A stretch of 39,155 nucleotides of DNA from an uncultured Alphaproteobacteria bacterium (GTDB taxonomy: Bacteria; Pseudomonadota; Alphaproteobacteria; Puniceispirillales; Puniceispirillaceae). The stretch covers positions 1 to 39,155 of the forward strand of contig CAJYBL010000001.1 of NCBI GenBank assembly GCA_913064995.1. The letters run 5' to 3'. Made by a program: the position numbers and the translations under genes. The notes under the pieces were generated by a model that was not told where the DNA came from, searched no databases, and was given only the letters and a program-made list of their open reading frames with translations. Shown in pieces: positions 36,955-39,155 of the stretch (position 1 is its first letter; each line of letters opens with the position of its first letter).

Positions 36955-36976
36955 TTTAAAATTGGGCGCATAGAAA

Positions 36977-37888
36977 ATGACACAACTTCCTGACAATATA
37001 ACGTTAATCGAGGATCAGCTCAGAGCTTTACAACGAACCCGTGCGGTTTACTCACTAGTTAGTATCTTGGTTATTGCGCTCACAATTTTTACCGGTGTGT
37101 CGGTCGCAAATAATTACAACGCGGGCTCTTTTGCGAACGGGATTGATAATTTTTTTGACTATCCGTTCGATTTAATTTCAGAAGCATGGGACGCTGGGTG
37201 GCGTTGGTTCCCGTTGATCATTGATTACACCCCCGATTTGTTAAATACGCTTAATATGGCCGTTTTTTCTACTGGTCTTGGTTTTATTTTTGCTTTGATT
37301 TTAAGTTTTTTTGCCGCGAAAAACACCGCTCCAAATGAGAGGGTTCGCCAGATAGTGCGGCGTTTTCTTGATTTATGCAGATCATTTCCTGAACTGGTGA
37401 TCGCGATGATTTTTTTATACATCATGGGCAAATCTCTGCTCCCTGCGATTTTGGCCATAACAATTCACTCGACCGGTTCGCTTGGAAAACTTTTCTCTGA
37501 GGCAATTGAGAATGCTGATAAAAAACCTGTTGAAGGCTTGCAGTCTTTGGGCGCGAACTGGTTTATTCGCGTTCGCCATGGGGTATTAACCCAAGTTTTG
37601 CCTATAATATTATCGTATACACTTCTGCGGGTAGAAATTAACGTTCGGGCTTCCACTATACTTGGCTTTGTGGGCGCCGGGGGTATTGGCGAGGCTTTGT
37701 CGACGAACATCCAGTGGCGTTATGGTGATGAAGTGGTTGCAATCATGGTGATGTTGGTAGCAACGATAATTTGTCTTGATTACTTATCTCAATACATTAG
37801 GGGCAAAATGATTGGTGGCCAAACTGCTACTAGCGGGCATGACAGATTTGCGTTGAGAATTAATTTCATGAAGAGGTTTAGACAATGA
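36977..37888 (+). CDS. phnE: Phosphonate ABC transporter permease
   Basis: RSFPELV, GSLGKLFSEAIEN and RVEINVRASTILGFVGAGGIG. Confidence 0.95.
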   Translation: MTQLPDNITLIEDQLRALQRTRAVYSLVSILVIALTIFTGVSVANNYNAGSFANGIDNFFDYPFDLISEAWDAGWRWFPLIIDYTPDLLNTLNMAVFSTGLGFIFALILSFFAAKNTAPNERVRQIVRRFLDLCRSFPELVIAMIFLYIMGKSLLPAILAITIHSTGSLGKLFSEAIENADKKPVEGLQSLGANWFIRVRHGVLTQVLPIILSYTLLRVEINVRASTILGFVGAGGIGEALSTNIQWRYGDEVVAIMVMLVATIICLDYLSQYIRGKMIGGQTATSGHDRFALRINFMKRFRQ

Positions 37889-39155
37889 GCGCAGTATATC
37901 CACTGAGCCCAACGTGGAATGATTCTATCCGCAAAGTTGAAGACAGTAGCCGTAAACTGCGGATCAGGACCGCAGCAGCATTTCTATTGATATTCTCTTA
38001 CCTCGCGGTGACATGTTTTCAGTTTGAGTTTGTAAATAGTTTCAGCCGGTGGAACTCTGAAAGAGGTATGCTGTTCGTTTTGGACTCCTATGCCAACAAA
38101 GATCATATTTCTATGAAGTGGGACGCACCTGAGGAGGTCTCGGTTAAATTCGAGGGTGGTTGGAGATACGATTATTTCAATCCTGACCATAGTTTCGGCG
38201 GTAAAATTAGTCCTCCGGAATGGTTTTCACAAGACTCAAAGACGAAAAGAAGCTTTGTAGCCTTCAACAACGGCGGCACCATGGTTGTCGGTCCAGACGC
38301 AGCAAAGCTAATCAACTGGCCCGGCCTTGATGAGGACCTTGCGTTTCGGCGAAATGCAGATGGCACACCTTATGTCGTTGGCTATGAAAATCGTCCTGAG
38401 GACTTGCCCGCTTGGGTTCGCGTGACATCAAACAAAATTGAAGTTCGGCCATCCCTTTATGAGAGGATGCAGGTTTATAAAAAGAAGGTTGAAATCCATC
38501 GATATTCCCTCGGGTGGAAATATTTCTTCTTTGATTTTGATAGTCCTTTGAGGGATTACTCAATTTGGTCTGCAATTTCATTGATAGCAAATGGGGATCG
38601 TCTAGTCCCTGATAAGAGCAATTTTTCGCTGGTTCTTTCAGAAATCACTCAAAATGAGATTTGGATGCACGGGGTGGTCTATTTTGCTTTACTTGAAACG
38701 ATAGTAATGGCGCTTCTAGGCACAATGTTGGCATCAATTGTTTGTTTGCCACTAGCGTTTCTTGCTGCAAGAAACGTTACGCCCTTGCAATCAATTCGTT
38801 TCTTTTTGCGCAGGCTCTTTGATTTTTTACGCGGTATTGACATGCTGATATGGAGTTTAATTTTCCTTCGCGCTTTTGGACCCGGTGTCTTCACCGGCAT
38901 TTTTGCCATTGCTTTTACCGATACGGGTACGCTTGGCAAACTGATGTCTGAAGCGGTAGAAAACGCGGACAAAAAGCAAACAGAAGGCATCGCCGCTACG
39001 GGCGCCAGCCGTTCACAGCAGCATCGTTTTGGCGTATTGCCGCAAATATTGCCTGTGTTTATCTCAACATCGCTATTCACACTGGAGTCGAACACGCGCA
39101 GTGCAATTATTATTGGTGCGATGGGAGCAGGGGGCATTGGCTTGCAATTTCTCGG
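37885..39155 (+). CDS. phnE: Second phosphonate ABC permease with a large extracytoplasmic N-terminal region (3' end outside the window)
   Basis: Not in the track because it has no stop in the window. It overlaps the first phnE by ATGA. Manual translation gives MSAVYPLSPTWND...LETIVMALLGT...RGIDMLIW...TDTGTLGKLMSEAVEN...LESNTRSAIIIGAMGAGGIG. Confidence 0.92.
   Translation, partial: MSAVYPLSPTWNDSIRKVEDSSRKLRIRTAAAFLLIFSYLAVTCFQFEFVNSFSRWNSERGMLFVLDSYANKDHISMKWDAPEEVSVKFEGGWRYDYFNPDHSFGGKISPPEWFSQDSKTKRSFVAFNNGGTMVVGPDAAKLINWPGLDEDLAFRRNADGTPYVVGYENRPEDLPAWVRVTSNKIEVRPSLYERMQVYKKKVEIHRYSLGWKYFFFDFDSPLRDYSIWSAISLIANGDRLVPDKSNFSLVLSEITQNEIWMHGVVYFALLETIVMALLGTMLASIVCLPLAFLAARNVTPLQSIRFFLRRLFDFLRGIDMLIWSLIFLRAFGPGVFTGIFAIAFTDTGTLGKLMSEAVENADKKQTEGIAATGASRSQQHRFGVLPQILPVFISTSLFTLESNTRSAIIIGAMGAGGIGLQFL

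Noticed and set aside
211-39137. Numerous short antisense or alternate-frame ORFs in the track (for example 18696-19256, 23896-24378, 27328-27840, 38679-39137)
   Set aside because: They overlap well-supported genes and show no motifs, so they are treated as shadow ORFs.
1-39155. CRISPR arrays, rRNA, intact tRNA, IS elements or riboswitches
   Set aside because: No repeat-spacer periodicity, transposase or recognisable RNA family was seen. Only the tRNA-Met fragment was found.

Overview
A 39 kb gene-dense segment from an alphaproteobacterium. The gene repertoire and moderate GC suggest a marine SAR116/Puniceispirillales-like organism, which is an inference. Positions 1-3.8 kb hold a partial Gfo/Idh/MocA oxidoreductase and small exported, membrane or Zn-binding proteins, including a 46-aa membrane ORF missed by the track. 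Positions 3.8-33.1 kb are a patchwork of catabolic and uptake genes with no recognisable regulator gene. They include two complete tripartite tricarboxylate transporters (TTT; tctCBA), a family III CoA-transferase, a ThDP enzyme, a PIG3-type reductase, tupBCA with ModE-like boxes, and a PrpF/GalD isomerase. They also include an orphan aspartate dehydrogenase with an FAH protein, a cupin, ureidoglycine aminohydrolase, a PA4872-type oxaloacetate decarboxylase, yghU, an MFS transporter, and a DUF3604/PHP-like metallohydrolase paired with an enolase-superfamily enzyme with atypical catalytic motifs. At about 33.1 kb a decayed 3' half of a tRNA-Met gene marks a probable integration scar. It is followed by a class III aminotransferase pseudogene collapsed by two internal deletions, an aldo/keto reductase, and a phnCDEE operon that runs off the window. 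The best candidates for undescribed biology are the DUF3604 + atypical enolase pair and the two TTT-centred catabolic modules. All family assignments come from motif recognition by eye, with no database search.
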